11,512 nt of DNA. Source: Capsulimonadales bacterium (GTDB lineage Bacteria; Armatimonadota; Armatimonadia; Armatimonadales; Armatimonadaceae). The DNA lies in assembly GCA_033762295.1 (NCBI GenBank), contig JANRLW010000131.1, forward strand, positions 1 through 11,512, given 5' to 3'. Numbering within the stretch: the first letter of the stretch is position 1; each line of letters begins with the position of its first letter. Below are positions 1 to 7,364 of this stretch, piece by piece. The notes beneath the pieces are model-generated. The model worked only from the letters and a program-made list of their open reading frames with translations, ran no database searches and was not told where the DNA came from. The position numbers and the translations under genes were made by a program.

Positions 1-244
1 CCTCCTGCCCGTCGCCGTCGATATCTCCCGCCGCCACCCCGATCGCCTGGCGGTCGTAGGCGGACAGCGTACGATCGAACCGATCGATCAGGGCGTTTCC
101 ATCCCAGGCCAGCGCGCGATTGGGAAAACCGTACCCGGCGACGACAAACTCGAACCGGCCATCGCCATCGGCATCGGTCACCGCCACACCGTAGGCGAGA
201 AATGGGGGATTATGGACAATACGGTCGCTGCGATCAAAAAACAT
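1..244 (-). CDS. CRTAC1-family FG-GAP repeat protein (5' part; runs off the left edge)
   Basis: Manual translation from ATG at 244: MFFDRSDRIVHNPPFLAYGVAVTDADGDGRFEFVVAGYGFPNRALAWDGNALIDRFDRTLSAYDRQAIGVAAGDIDGDGQE. It has two DxDGDG Ca-binding motifs and closely resembles the CRTAC1 N-terminus as I recall it (YGVAVTDVDxDGxFEIVVAGY...AIGVxACDIDGDGREE). SD-like AAGAGG just upstream. Absent from the ORF track because there is no stop in the window. Confidence 0.88.
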   Translation of the reverse strand, partial: MFFDRSDRIVHNPPFLAYGVAVTDADGDGRFEFVVAGYGFPNRALAWDGNALIDRFDRTLSAYDRQAIGVAAGDIDGDGQE

Positions 245-262
245 GGAAGCCTCTTAGCCTCC

Positions 263-268
263 ATTGTA
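263..268 (-). promoter_or_regulatory. Putative sigma70-type -10 element (TACAAT) for the CRTAC1-like gene
   Basis: ATTGTA on + reads TACAAT on -, 18 nt upstream of the ATG and downstream of the terminator of the preceding gene. No convincing -35. Confidence 0.4.
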
Positions 269-293
269 CGGAATCGGACGACAAAAACCAACG

Positions 294-327
294 AAAAACA
301 AAAGAGGGGAAGGTTTCCCTTCCCCTC
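294..327 (-). terminator. Rho-independent terminator of the 349..708 gene
   Basis: Perfect 10-bp stem GAGGGGAAGG (304-313)/CCTTCCCCTC (318-327). On the minus strand it has a GAAA tetraloop followed by TTTTGTTTTT, starting 21 nt after the stop codon. Confidence 0.88.
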
Positions 328-348
328 CGGTTCCGCTTATCGGGCGGT

Positions 349-708
349 TTAGCCGTTATTGAGCGACCGGTAGCCCAGCCGCTTGCCGTTGCGGTAGGTG
401 TAGTACCCGATCCGCTTGCCGTTGCGGTAACGATAGACGCGGTAATAGCCGACTTTCCGGTTGTTTTCCCTGGCCTGCGCTTTTCGGGCATCCTCATACT
501 TCTTACCGGCATAGGCGGCTCCCGCACCGAGGATCAGGGCGTTGGTGCCTTTACCGCGCAGGGCTTCATAGGCGGCGGCGGCTCCGACTCCGATCCCGAT
601 GTTGCGCATCGTGTTCTTGTCTTTCTGCCGGCTGTCCTGGGCAAACGCCGGGGCGCCGATACCGACGATCAGCGTGATTGCCGTTGCGATTCCGATCCAT
701 TTTCTCAT
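349..708 (-). CDS. Small secreted basic protein (119 aa) with glycine-zipper-like middle and C-terminal YRNGKRxGY repeats
   Basis: Sec signal peptide MRKWIGIATAITLIVGIGAPAFA|Q; GIGVGAAAA and LILGAGAAY segments; purine-rich SD (AAAGGG) upstream; terminator downstream. Confidence 0.82.
   Translation of the reverse strand: MRKWIGIATAITLIVGIGAPAFAQDSRQKDKNTMRNIGIGVGAAAAYEALRGKGTNALILGAGAAYAGKKYEDARKAQARENNRKVGYYRVYRYRNGKRIGYYTYRNGKRLGYRSLNNG
379..429. repeat. Exact 18-bp direct repeat CCGCTTGCCGTTGCGGTA, 33-bp period, encoding YRNGKR twice
   Basis: Copies at 379-396 and 412-429; in-frame 11-codon duplication inside the 349..708 gene. Confidence 0.9.
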
Positions 709-785
709 TCGTTTCGACCCTTTCTTCCCTCATGGTCTCCCTTGCGGGATAGGAAACATTGTGTGATCTCAGTTTCTACTATTCA

Positions 786-811
786 GACGATTGATACGCA
801 TAAACGGTTCA
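786..811 (-). promoter_or_regulatory. Putative ECF-sigma promoter (TGAAC-N17-CGTC) for the small secreted protein
   Basis: Minus strand reads TGAAC cgtttatgcgtatcaat CGTCTGAA, matching the common ECF AAC...CGTC pattern, about 77 nt upstream of the ATG at 708. Confidence 0.45.
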
Positions 812-907
812 TATTTTAACTATATTATTGTCGGCCTATTAATTGTGGAAAACTTCACCTTCGGCATTCGTTCCTTACTGTGAATATCGCGCGATTTTCC
901 CAGCCAA

Positions 908-938
908 TTGCCATCGCTCCCGCTCCCTGTGCTATAAT
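908..938 (+). promoter_or_regulatory. Housekeeping sigma70 promoter with extended -10 upstream of the FliA/WhiG gene
   Basis: TGTGCTATAAT (928-938) is a perfect TRTGnTATAAT; TTGCCA at 908-913 with a 19-bp spacer (long). Confidence 0.72.
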
Positions 939-1061
939 GCATGGTAACGAAACGACCTACGCTTGGTAGTACGTGCCTACCCTGCTCATTCCCATGGCCC
1001 CGCGCAACGAGGGATGGGGGCGAAAACAGACAGGGAAGGGAAGAATAGGCAGACAGAAAAA

Positions 1062-1835
1062 ATGGCGGTTCGATCCATGGAGGAGGCATGGCGTCGCTTT
1101 AAAGGTCAAGGCGACCCCAAGGCACGGGCCTCGATTATTGACAATTATGCCTATCTGGTAAAAATTACTGCAGGGCGTGTCGTCACAAATCTGCCGCCCA
1201 ACCTGGAACGCGAGGATCTGTATACGGCGGGAGCGATGGGGCTTATCAAGGCGGTGGATCAGTTCGACCCCGGCAGACAGGTGAAATTTGAGACCTATGC
1301 GATCGCGCTGATTCGCGGGGCGATTCTGGAATCCCTGCGCGAGGAGGACTGGGTTCCCCGATCGGTCCGGGAACGTGCCAAGACGCTGGAACGCACCTTC
1401 TTCGAACTGGAGGTCAAGCTCGGCATCCCTCCGACCGAGGCGCAGGTGGCCGCTCACCTGGGCATCTCGCCGGATGAACTCGCGCGCATGATCAGCGAAG
1501 CGGGACGTGGCAGCGTCCTTTCGCTCGATGACATGATTCTCGGGAACGAAGGCTCGGAACGGCTGCATCTGGCGGACGTCATTCCCGACGACGGCAGCAG
1601 TCCGACCGCCGATGTCGAAACCAGGGAACGCATCCGTCAACTGGCGACGGCGATCGATCGCCTGCCCGAACGGGAACGACTCGTGGTCGCCCTCTACTAT
1701 TATGAAGGGCTGACGTTCAAGGAGATCGGCAAGGTGCTGACCGTCTCCGAATCGCGAGTCTATCAGCTGCACACGCAGGCGGTTCTGCGAATGCGCGGTT
1801 ATCTCGGGCGAGACCTGGAACTGTTCCGCAACTGA
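1062..1835 (+). CDS. fliA: FliA/WhiG-family RNA polymerase sigma factor (sigma28 group), about 257 aa
   Basis: Region 2 [32 protein letters not shown] and region 4 [27 protein letters not shown] are diagnostic of FliA/WhiG/SigD. Start placed at ATG 1062 (1014 or 1077 are alternatives) rather than the ORF-track TTG at 963, based on family length. Confidence 0.93.
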   Translation: [257 protein letters not shown]

Positions 1836-1851
1836 ATCCTTCATAAATACC

Positions 1852-3588
1852 GTGAAAAGGCCAGTTTCTCGTGTCGGCGTTCCGGTGCCTTCCGGGCGTC
1901 GTTCCGCTTTGAGGGTCATGACGTTCATGACGGCGCTGGGCACGGTCCTTCCGCTCGCCGCGTCCGCCGTGCGCGGTCAGGAGACGCCTGTCCCGAACGC
2001 GCCGGAGAGAACGCCCCCCGGAGTCGGCACGGTTGTCGTCCCCTATACGGACACCGTCCCGCCCGCGTCCCCCGCCGGTTCCGTCACACGAACCGTCCCG
2101 GTTTCCACCCCGCTTTCCCGCAGCGGCGATGCCTGGCGACGGGGCGATCCGGACAGCGCCCTGCGGGAAGCGGAGGAAGGGCTGAAAGCCGATGATCGGC
2201 AACCGGACCTGTTGAACTGGTACGGCTATCTTCTCCTGCGGCGGAGTCGCACGGACGATGCCCGGACCGTCTTCGAAAAGGCGTACGCGCTCGGGAACCC
2301 GACCCCGGAACTTCGACTCAACCTGGCGGCGACCCTTCTGTTCCCGTCCGACGCTTCCGGAGACAATCTCCGCCGGGCGGTCGAACTTCTCGAAGCCGCG
2401 GTAGCCGCCGATCCCGCCCGACTCGACGCACAGGCGAATCTGGGGCACGCCTACCTGCGCACCAACCGTCCCGCCGAAGCGGCCGCCGCCTACGCCACGG
2501 TCCTGGACAGGGAGCCGGACAACGCCCCGATCCTCCGAATGCGCGGGTACGCCCTGCTCAAAGCCGATCGACCGGGGGAGGCGATCGCCGCTCTTCGTCA
2601 GGCCGTCCGTCTGGCTCCGACCGATGGTGAGGCGCATGCCCTGCTCGGGTCGGCCCTGCTGGGCGCGGGCCGGGACGAGGAAGCTTCGGAGGCGCTGGAA
2701 GCCGCACGGAAACACGGGCCGCCGAACGCCGTGGTCCTGTCCAATCTGGGAATGCTCCGGATGCGGCGGCAGGAGTGGGAACAGGCAAGGGAGGTCTACG
2801 CGGCGGCGGCGGAACGGGCGGAGGCCGAGACTCCACCCGATAGGACGCCGAGGGTCCGTCTGGGAATCGTTCTCGCCCGACTCGGACGATGGTCCGAAGC
2901 GGCGACCGCCTATGAAACCGTCCTGGCAGCAGACCCCCGCCAATACGACGCCCGTCTTAACCTGGGAACGGTCCGCTTCCGACAGGGCCGCCTGTCCGAC
3001 GCCGTTCGGGAGTTCGGCGTCGCCGCGCGTCAACGGCCGACCGATCCTCTCGCCTGGGCGAATCTGGCGACGGCGCAGGAGGCCGCCCGTAACGCTCCGG
3101 CCGCCCTCCAGGCCTGGAAGCGGGCCGCCGCCGCCGAACCCGGCAACCGGCAGTATGCCCTCCGGTTGCGTGAGGCCGCTCTACGGGCCAACCGCCCTGA
3201 GGTTGTGATCGGGACGGTTCGCCCGGAAACCGCGCAGACCGCCGCCGATCTTACCGTGCTCGGTACCGCCCACTACCGGAAGGCCGAGCAGTCGTCCGGA
3301 GCCGCGGCGAAACAGCGGAATCTGGTGGAGGCGTTGAGAGCCTTCGAACGGGCGGTCAAACGCGCGCCGACGTCCCCCTCCGCCTGGAACAATCTCGGTG
3401 TCGTCTACGAACGGCGGGGACAGATCAACGCCGCCCTCCGCGCGTACAAAAACGCTCTCCGGTACAATCCCGCGTTCGGGCCGGCACGCGCCAATCTCGC
3501 CCGTTTCGTTCCGACGACCGCCCTGCCGCGCCCGTCCAAGGCTTCGTCCGGATCGTCCCGTTCGTCCGGAAAGAGGCAGGCTCCCTGA
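1852..3588 (+). CDS. Exported tetratricopeptide-repeat (TPR) protein
   Basis: Many TPR consensus repeats (e.g. AQANLGHAY..EAAAAY, VLSNLGML, ARLNLGTV, AWNNLGVVY...ALRAYKNALRYNP); N-terminal signal-like segment and Pro/Thr-rich linker. Start (GTG 1852 versus ATG 1918/1927) is uncertain. Confidence 0.9.
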   Translation: MKRPVSRVGVPVPSGRRSALRVMTFMTALGTVLPLAASAVRGQETPVPNAPERTPPGVGTVVVPYTDTVPPASPAGSVTRTVPVSTPLSRSGDAWRRGDPDSALREAEEGLKADDRQPDLLNWYGYLLLRRSRTDDARTVFEKAYALGNPTPELRLNLAATLLFPSDASGDNLRRAVELLEAAVAADPARLDAQANLGHAYLRTNRPAEAAAAYATVLDREPDNAPILRMRGYALLKADRPGEAIAALRQAVRLAPTDGEAHALLGSALLGAGRDEEASEALEAARKHGPPNAVVLSNLGMLRMRRQEWEQAREVYAAAAERAEAETPPDRTPRVRLGIVLARLGRWSEAATAYETVLAADPRQYDARLNLGTVRFRQGRLSDAVREFGVAARQRPTDPLAWANLATAQEAARNAPAALQAWKRAAAAEPGNRQYALRLREAALRANRPEVVIGTVRPETAQTAADLTVLGTAHYRKAEQSSGAAAKQRNLVEALRAFERAVKRAPTSPSAWNNLGVVYERRGQINAALRAYKNALRYNPAFGPARANLARFVPTTALPRPSKASSGSSRSSGKRQAP

Positions 3589-4472
3589 TGTCATCCCCGT
3601 CCCCCTCGATCACGATCGGTCTGCTGACCAATGAAACCAAGCCGGCGGCGCAGGAGGCGGCTCGCCATCTGGCGGCGGAACTGAAGGGACGCGGCGTCCG
3701 GGTGATCGCGCGGGCGGCGGTCGCGCGGGAGATCGACGGGCGTACGTGTGAACCGGCCCCTGACCCGGAAATTGCACGGGCGGATTTTGTGGTCGTGTTC
3801 GGCGGGGACGGCACCCTGCTCGCCGCCGCGCGGCTGGTCTCTCCGTTCGGCACTCCGGTCCTCGGGGTCCATCTGGGGAATTTCGGGTTCGTCACCGAGG
3901 TCGCGCCCGACCGTCTGTCCGAAGCCATGGAAAACGTGCTGTCCGGCCGTTATCGTATCGAGGAGCGGTTGATGCTGTCGGCCTCGATCCGTTTTCGATC
4001 CGGGCAGGAGACAACAATGCTCGCCGTCAACGATGTCGTCGTCGCCAGCAGCGCCAAGCGAATGATCCACGTCCACACCGCGATCGGAAACGACACTCTG
4101 GCGACCTATGCCGCCGACGGGGTCATTGTCGCCACTCCGACCGGTTCCACCGGCTACTCCCTGTCGGCGGGGGGGCCGCTCGTTCACCCGTCGGTTCCGA
4201 TTTTGATCGTGACGCCGATCTGCCCGCATACTTTGAACGCCCGTACGCTGATCGTTCCGGCCGACGAGCGCATCACCCTGATGCTCGAACCGAACACGCG
4301 GGAAAACGGGGTGGTCAGCGCGGACGGCCAGGCGGAGGTCGCCATCGATCCCGGCGATGTCGTGGGGATTTCGCGCGCCGATCACTGCCTGCGTCTCATG
4401 ATGGTCGACGGACCGAACTTCTACCGGAAGATCCGTTCGCGCTGGCACTACGGCGAACGGGAAACCTCCTGA
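3588..4472 (+). CDS. nadK: NAD(+) kinase
   Basis: GGDGT motif, GxxLGNFGF, ND motif (VND), DGVIVATPTGSTGYSLSAGGP, PICPH. ATG overlaps the TPR stop (TGATG). Confidence 0.96.
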   Translation: MSSPSPSITIGLLTNETKPAAQEAARHLAAELKGRGVRVIARAAVAREIDGRTCEPAPDPEIARADFVVVFGGDGTLLAAARLVSPFGTPVLGVHLGNFGFVTEVAPDRLSEAMENVLSGRYRIEERLMLSASIRFRSGQETTMLAVNDVVVASSAKRMIHVHTAIGNDTLATYAADGVIVATPTGSTGYSLSAGGPLVHPSVPILIVTPICPHTLNARTLIVPADERITLMLEPNTRENGVVSADGQAEVAIDPGDVVGISRADHCLRLMMVDGPNFYRKIRSRWHYGERETS

Positions 4473-4535
4473 AGCCGGAAATCGAGGACGGCGGGGTACA
4501 CTGTCCGCGAACCTATTTCGAGGAGACAAAGTTCG

Positions 4536-4916
4536 ATGGATATCAAGCCGGAAGACCTGCCGGTACGTGTGGAAAAACCCTGGGGCTACGAAATCTGGTA
4601 CGCCTGGACCGATCAGTACGTGGGCAAAATCATCCACGTCAATCCGGGCCAGAAGCTCTCGCTCCAGTATCATAACCTGAAGGATGAGACGAGCTACCTG
4701 CTCAAGGGCCGGATGTACCTGACCAAAGGTCCGGATGCGGACCATCTGACGGTCACCGAAATCGGCGAGGGATATCAGTGGCGGAACCGTCCGCTGGAAG
4801 TGCATACGATCGAGGCGATCGAGGATTCCGACGTTCTGGAGGTTTCGACCCCGCATCTGGACGATGTCGTCCGGTTGAAGGACAACTACGGTCGCGAAGG
4901 GACGAATACGGTCTGA
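4536..4916 (+). CDS. Cupin-domain protein (mannose-6-phosphate isomerase type II C-terminal-like)
   Basis: VEKPWGYE, LSLQYHxxKDET, H..I and EVSTP..DDVVR..DNYGR motifs. SD GAGGAG upstream; possible -10 TACACT at 4497-4502. Confidence 0.88.
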   Translation: MDIKPEDLPVRVEKPWGYEIWYAWTDQYVGKIIHVNPGQKLSLQYHNLKDETSYLLKGRMYLTKGPDADHLTVTEIGEGYQWRNRPLEVHTIEAIEDSDVLEVSTPHLDDVVRLKDNYGREGTNTV

Positions 4917-4933
4917 AGGTCTGACCGATCGAG

Positions 4934-4962
4934 GGTTCCTGCAGCAAAGCAGGGAACCGTTT
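4934..4962 (+). terminator. Possible weak terminator or stabilising hairpin after the cupin gene
   Basis: GGTTCCTGC (4934-4942) pairs with GCAGGGAACC (4949-4958) with one bulge; followed only by GTTT. Confidence 0.4.
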
Positions 4963-5035
4963 GCCTCCTTTGTGTGTAAGCCCTGATTGGCTGGCTCTCC
5001 CGTTCAGGGATGACCGGCCTGGAAGGGCCTTTTTC

Positions 5036-6001
5036 TTGAGATCGACTATTTTTGCCGCCTTGTTGCTTCTCGTTCCGGGAATGGCGGACGCGCAAACGCC
5101 TCCGACCGGCGTACCCGCTCCGGCGGGAGGGGCCGGTCAGCCTTCCCCCGCCCGTTTTCCGATCCCCTCGTTCCGACCGACCCTTACCGCCACCACCCGT
5201 TCGCTGTACGCCGCGGAAAGCGGCACGAGCGACGGACGGCTGAGCGTCTTTCGCGGCAGCCTGGACCTGCAATGGGCGGATCGAAACCCGCTGAAGAAAC
5301 GATTCATCACCGTGACCGGGCGCGTCGAATCCCTGCGCTTCCTACCGAAGCGAGCGCGGGACCGCTCCCTCTACGAGGATATGGCGTCTTTCCGCCTGGC
5401 GGCGGATACCGTCTTTCTGAGTAGCCGGGATCGCGGTACCGTGGTCGGCCTGGCGGCGGAGTTTTCGGGAAGTCAGGATGCCCGTTTCTCCGACGGGGTG
5501 CTGCCCGCCGGGTATGTGGGCCAATTGCGTCTGGTTCGGCCGGGGCTGAACTATACCTACGGTATTTTCGTTCTCGGACAGTTGGAGGATCGCCCGTTGA
5601 TTGTACCTTTGGTGGGAGTCGAGTGGCAGCCGCGTCCGAATCAGGTACTTCTGTTGCGGGGGACGGAGTTGAGGTACACCTGGGGCGCAAATCCTACCTT
5701 CGGCCGCCCGGGCGGACCGCCTCCCCGACGCAGTCTGTCCCTTCTGGTGAATGTCGAACCGCAGCGCAACTACCGCCTTTCTCGGCGCAACGGTGTTTCG
5801 GAGGGTGTCCTTCGCGATATCAATGTCCGGGTCGGGGCGGAACTCACCGAATCCTTTCACGAAAACGGAACGTCGAGCCTGTTTATCGGCGGACTGGTCT
5901 ACCGGCGGCTGCGGTTTGACGATCGGGAGGGCGAACGGGTGACCACGGTGCGGGTGGATCCCACTCTGACGGTCGGTGGTTCGGTGAACTACCGGTTTTG
6001 A
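5036..6001 (+). CDS. Putative outer-membrane beta-barrel protein (possibly DUF6268-like)
   Basis: Start re-called to TTG 5036 (GGAAGGG at 5021-5027), giving the signal peptide MRSTIFAALLLLVPGMADA|Q. Alternating amphipathic strands (LNYTYGIFV, PLVGVEWQP, ELRYTW, VRVGAEL) and a C-terminal ...VGGSVNYRF beta-signal. Family assignment is tentative. Confidence 0.72.
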   Translation: MRSTIFAALLLLVPGMADAQTPPTGVPAPAGGAGQPSPARFPIPSFRPTLTATTRSLYAAESGTSDGRLSVFRGSLDLQWADRNPLKKRFITVTGRVESLRFLPKRARDRSLYEDMASFRLAADTVFLSSRDRGTVVGLAAEFSGSQDARFSDGVLPAGYVGQLRLVRPGLNYTYGIFVLGQLEDRPLIVPLVGVEWQPRPNQVLLLRGTELRYTWGANPTFGRPGGPPPRRSLSLLVNVEPQRNYRLSRRNGVSEGVLRDINVRVGAELTESFHENGTSSLFIGGLVYRRLRFDDREGERVTTVRVDPTLTVGGSVNYRF

Positions 6002-6041
6002 TCCGTCGCAGGAATGTCGTGTAGGGGTATGGTGTCCAGTG

Positions 6042-6069
6042 TTCCGCCCCTGCCGGAGCAGGGGCGGGA
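6042..6069. terminator. GC-rich hairpin between convergent genes (probable terminator)
   Basis: CCGCCCCTGC (6044-6053)/GCAGGGGCGG (6058-6067), 4-nt loop, about 10 nt past the PilB-like stop. No U-tract on either strand. Confidence 0.6.
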
Positions 6070-6077
6070 GGCGCGGG

Positions 6078-7364
6078 TTATGCCTGAGGCATGGGCCGGG
6101 GGGGGGGCGTGGGGGCGGGCAAAGCGCCGGTGGTCGGCATTGCCTGGGCGGCCTCCGGAACATCGTCATCGACCTTGATATAGACCTGGCGGAGAATATC
6201 ATCGACCGACGTCAGTCCGGCGCGCAGTTTGGCCAGCGCATCTTCGCGCATCGGAATCATTCCCGCCCGGTGCGCGGCGCCGCGCAGTTCCGACCCCGGC
6301 GCCTGACGCATGATCAGTCGCTCGAACTCCTCGCTGACGATTGCCACTTCATGGACACCGATACGCCCCTTATAGCCGGTCCCGTCACATCGCTGGCAGC
6401 CGACCGGATGCCAGATCAGATCGTTCGGACTGATGGAAAGGAGCGTGGCCTGCTGCGGGGTCGGCGGTGCCTGGCGGCGACAGTGCGGGCACAGACGCCG
6501 GACCAGACGCTGGGCGACCATGCCGACCAGACCGGAGGAGATCAGAAACGGCGGAACGCCCATATCGATCAGACGGGTGACGGCGGTCGGAGCATCGTTG
6601 GAGTGCAGTGTGGAAAGCACCAGGTGTCCGGTCATCGCCGCGCGAAAGGCGATTTCGGCGGTTTCGGCGTCCCGGATCTCGCCGACGAGAATGATATCGG
6701 GGTCCTGACGCAGAATCGCGCGCAGCTGCTTGGCAAACGTCAAACCGACCCGTTCGAAGACCGCGCTCTGGTTGATGCCGTCCATGTCATACTCGATCGG
6801 GTCCTCACAGGTGACGATGTTGACCGTCTTGTTGCGCAGAACGTTCAGCGAGGCGTAAAGCGTCGTCGTCTTTCCCGATCCTGTCGGCCCGGTGACCAGA
6901 ATCAATCCGAGCGGTCGGTGGATCAGTTCCTCGAAGTTGGTCCGATTATAGGGAGAGAAGTCCAGTTGATCCAGTCCGCGAACGGACATCTCGCGGTCGA
7001 GAAGGCGCATGACGATCTTCTCGCCGTAGAGCACCGGGAGCGTGGAGATACGCAGGTCGAGCGTCCGCCCCGGCACGTTGATCGTGATACGTCCGTCCTG
7101 CGGCAGCCGTTTCTCATTGATATCGAGTTCGGCCATGACCTTGACGCGTGCCGTACAGATATCCTGCATATCCTTCGGCAGATTTTTCCAGACCTGCAGG
7201 ACCCCGTCCACCCGCAACCGGACCTCCAGAACGTTCTTTCGTGGCTCGATATGAATGTCGGACGCGGAGATACGGATCGCATCACTGATCATCTGATTGA
7301 CGAGCTGGACGGCGGGTCCCTGCGCGGTGCGCATGGCATCGTTGGCGCGGTTAAAGTCCTGCAT
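6078..7364 (-). CDS. GspE/PulE/PilB-family secretion or pilus assembly ATPase, short form without N1 domain
   Basis: ASDIHIEP, RLPQDGR, Walker A GPTGSGKTT, Asp box EDPIE, LRQDPD, Walker B ILVGEIRD, His box TGHLVLSTLH, Zn tetracysteine CPHC...CQRC. SD AAGGAG 8 nt upstream (7373-7378). Confidence 0.96.
   Translation of the reverse strand: MQDFNRANDAMRTAQGPAVQLVNQMISDAIRISASDIHIEPRKNVLEVRLRVDGVLQVWKNLPKDMQDICTARVKVMAELDINEKRLPQDGRITINVPGRTLDLRISTLPVLYGEKIVMRLLDREMSVRGLDQLDFSPYNRTNFEELIHRPLGLILVTGPTGSGKTTTLYASLNVLRNKTVNIVTCEDPIEYDMDGINQSAVFERVGLTFAKQLRAILRQDPDIILVGEIRDAETAEIAFRAAMTGHLVLSTLHSNDAPTAVTRLIDMGVPPFLISSGLVGMVAQRLVRRLCPHCRRQAPPTPQQATLLSISPNDLIWHPVGCQRCDGTGYKGRIGVHEVAIVSEEFERLIMRQAPGSELRGAAHRAGMIPMREDALAKLRAGLTSVDDILRQVYIKVDDDVPEAAQAMPTTGALPAPTPPPRPMPQA

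Noticed and set aside
202..819. 205-aa + strand ORF and 97-aa - strand ORF (234..527)
   Set aside because: Shadows of the 349..708 gene; they run through its terminator and have no recognisable motifs.
828..857. Sigma28-like promoter on the minus strand (TGAAGTTT...GCCGACAA)
   Set aside because: The spacer is 14 nt versus the 11 nt expected between TAAAGTTT and GCCGATAA, and both boxes have mismatches.
957..4856. Long antisense ORFs 957..1943, 1717..3033 and 3591..4856
   Set aside because: Antisense shadows of well-supported genes; long stop-free reverse frames are expected at high GC.
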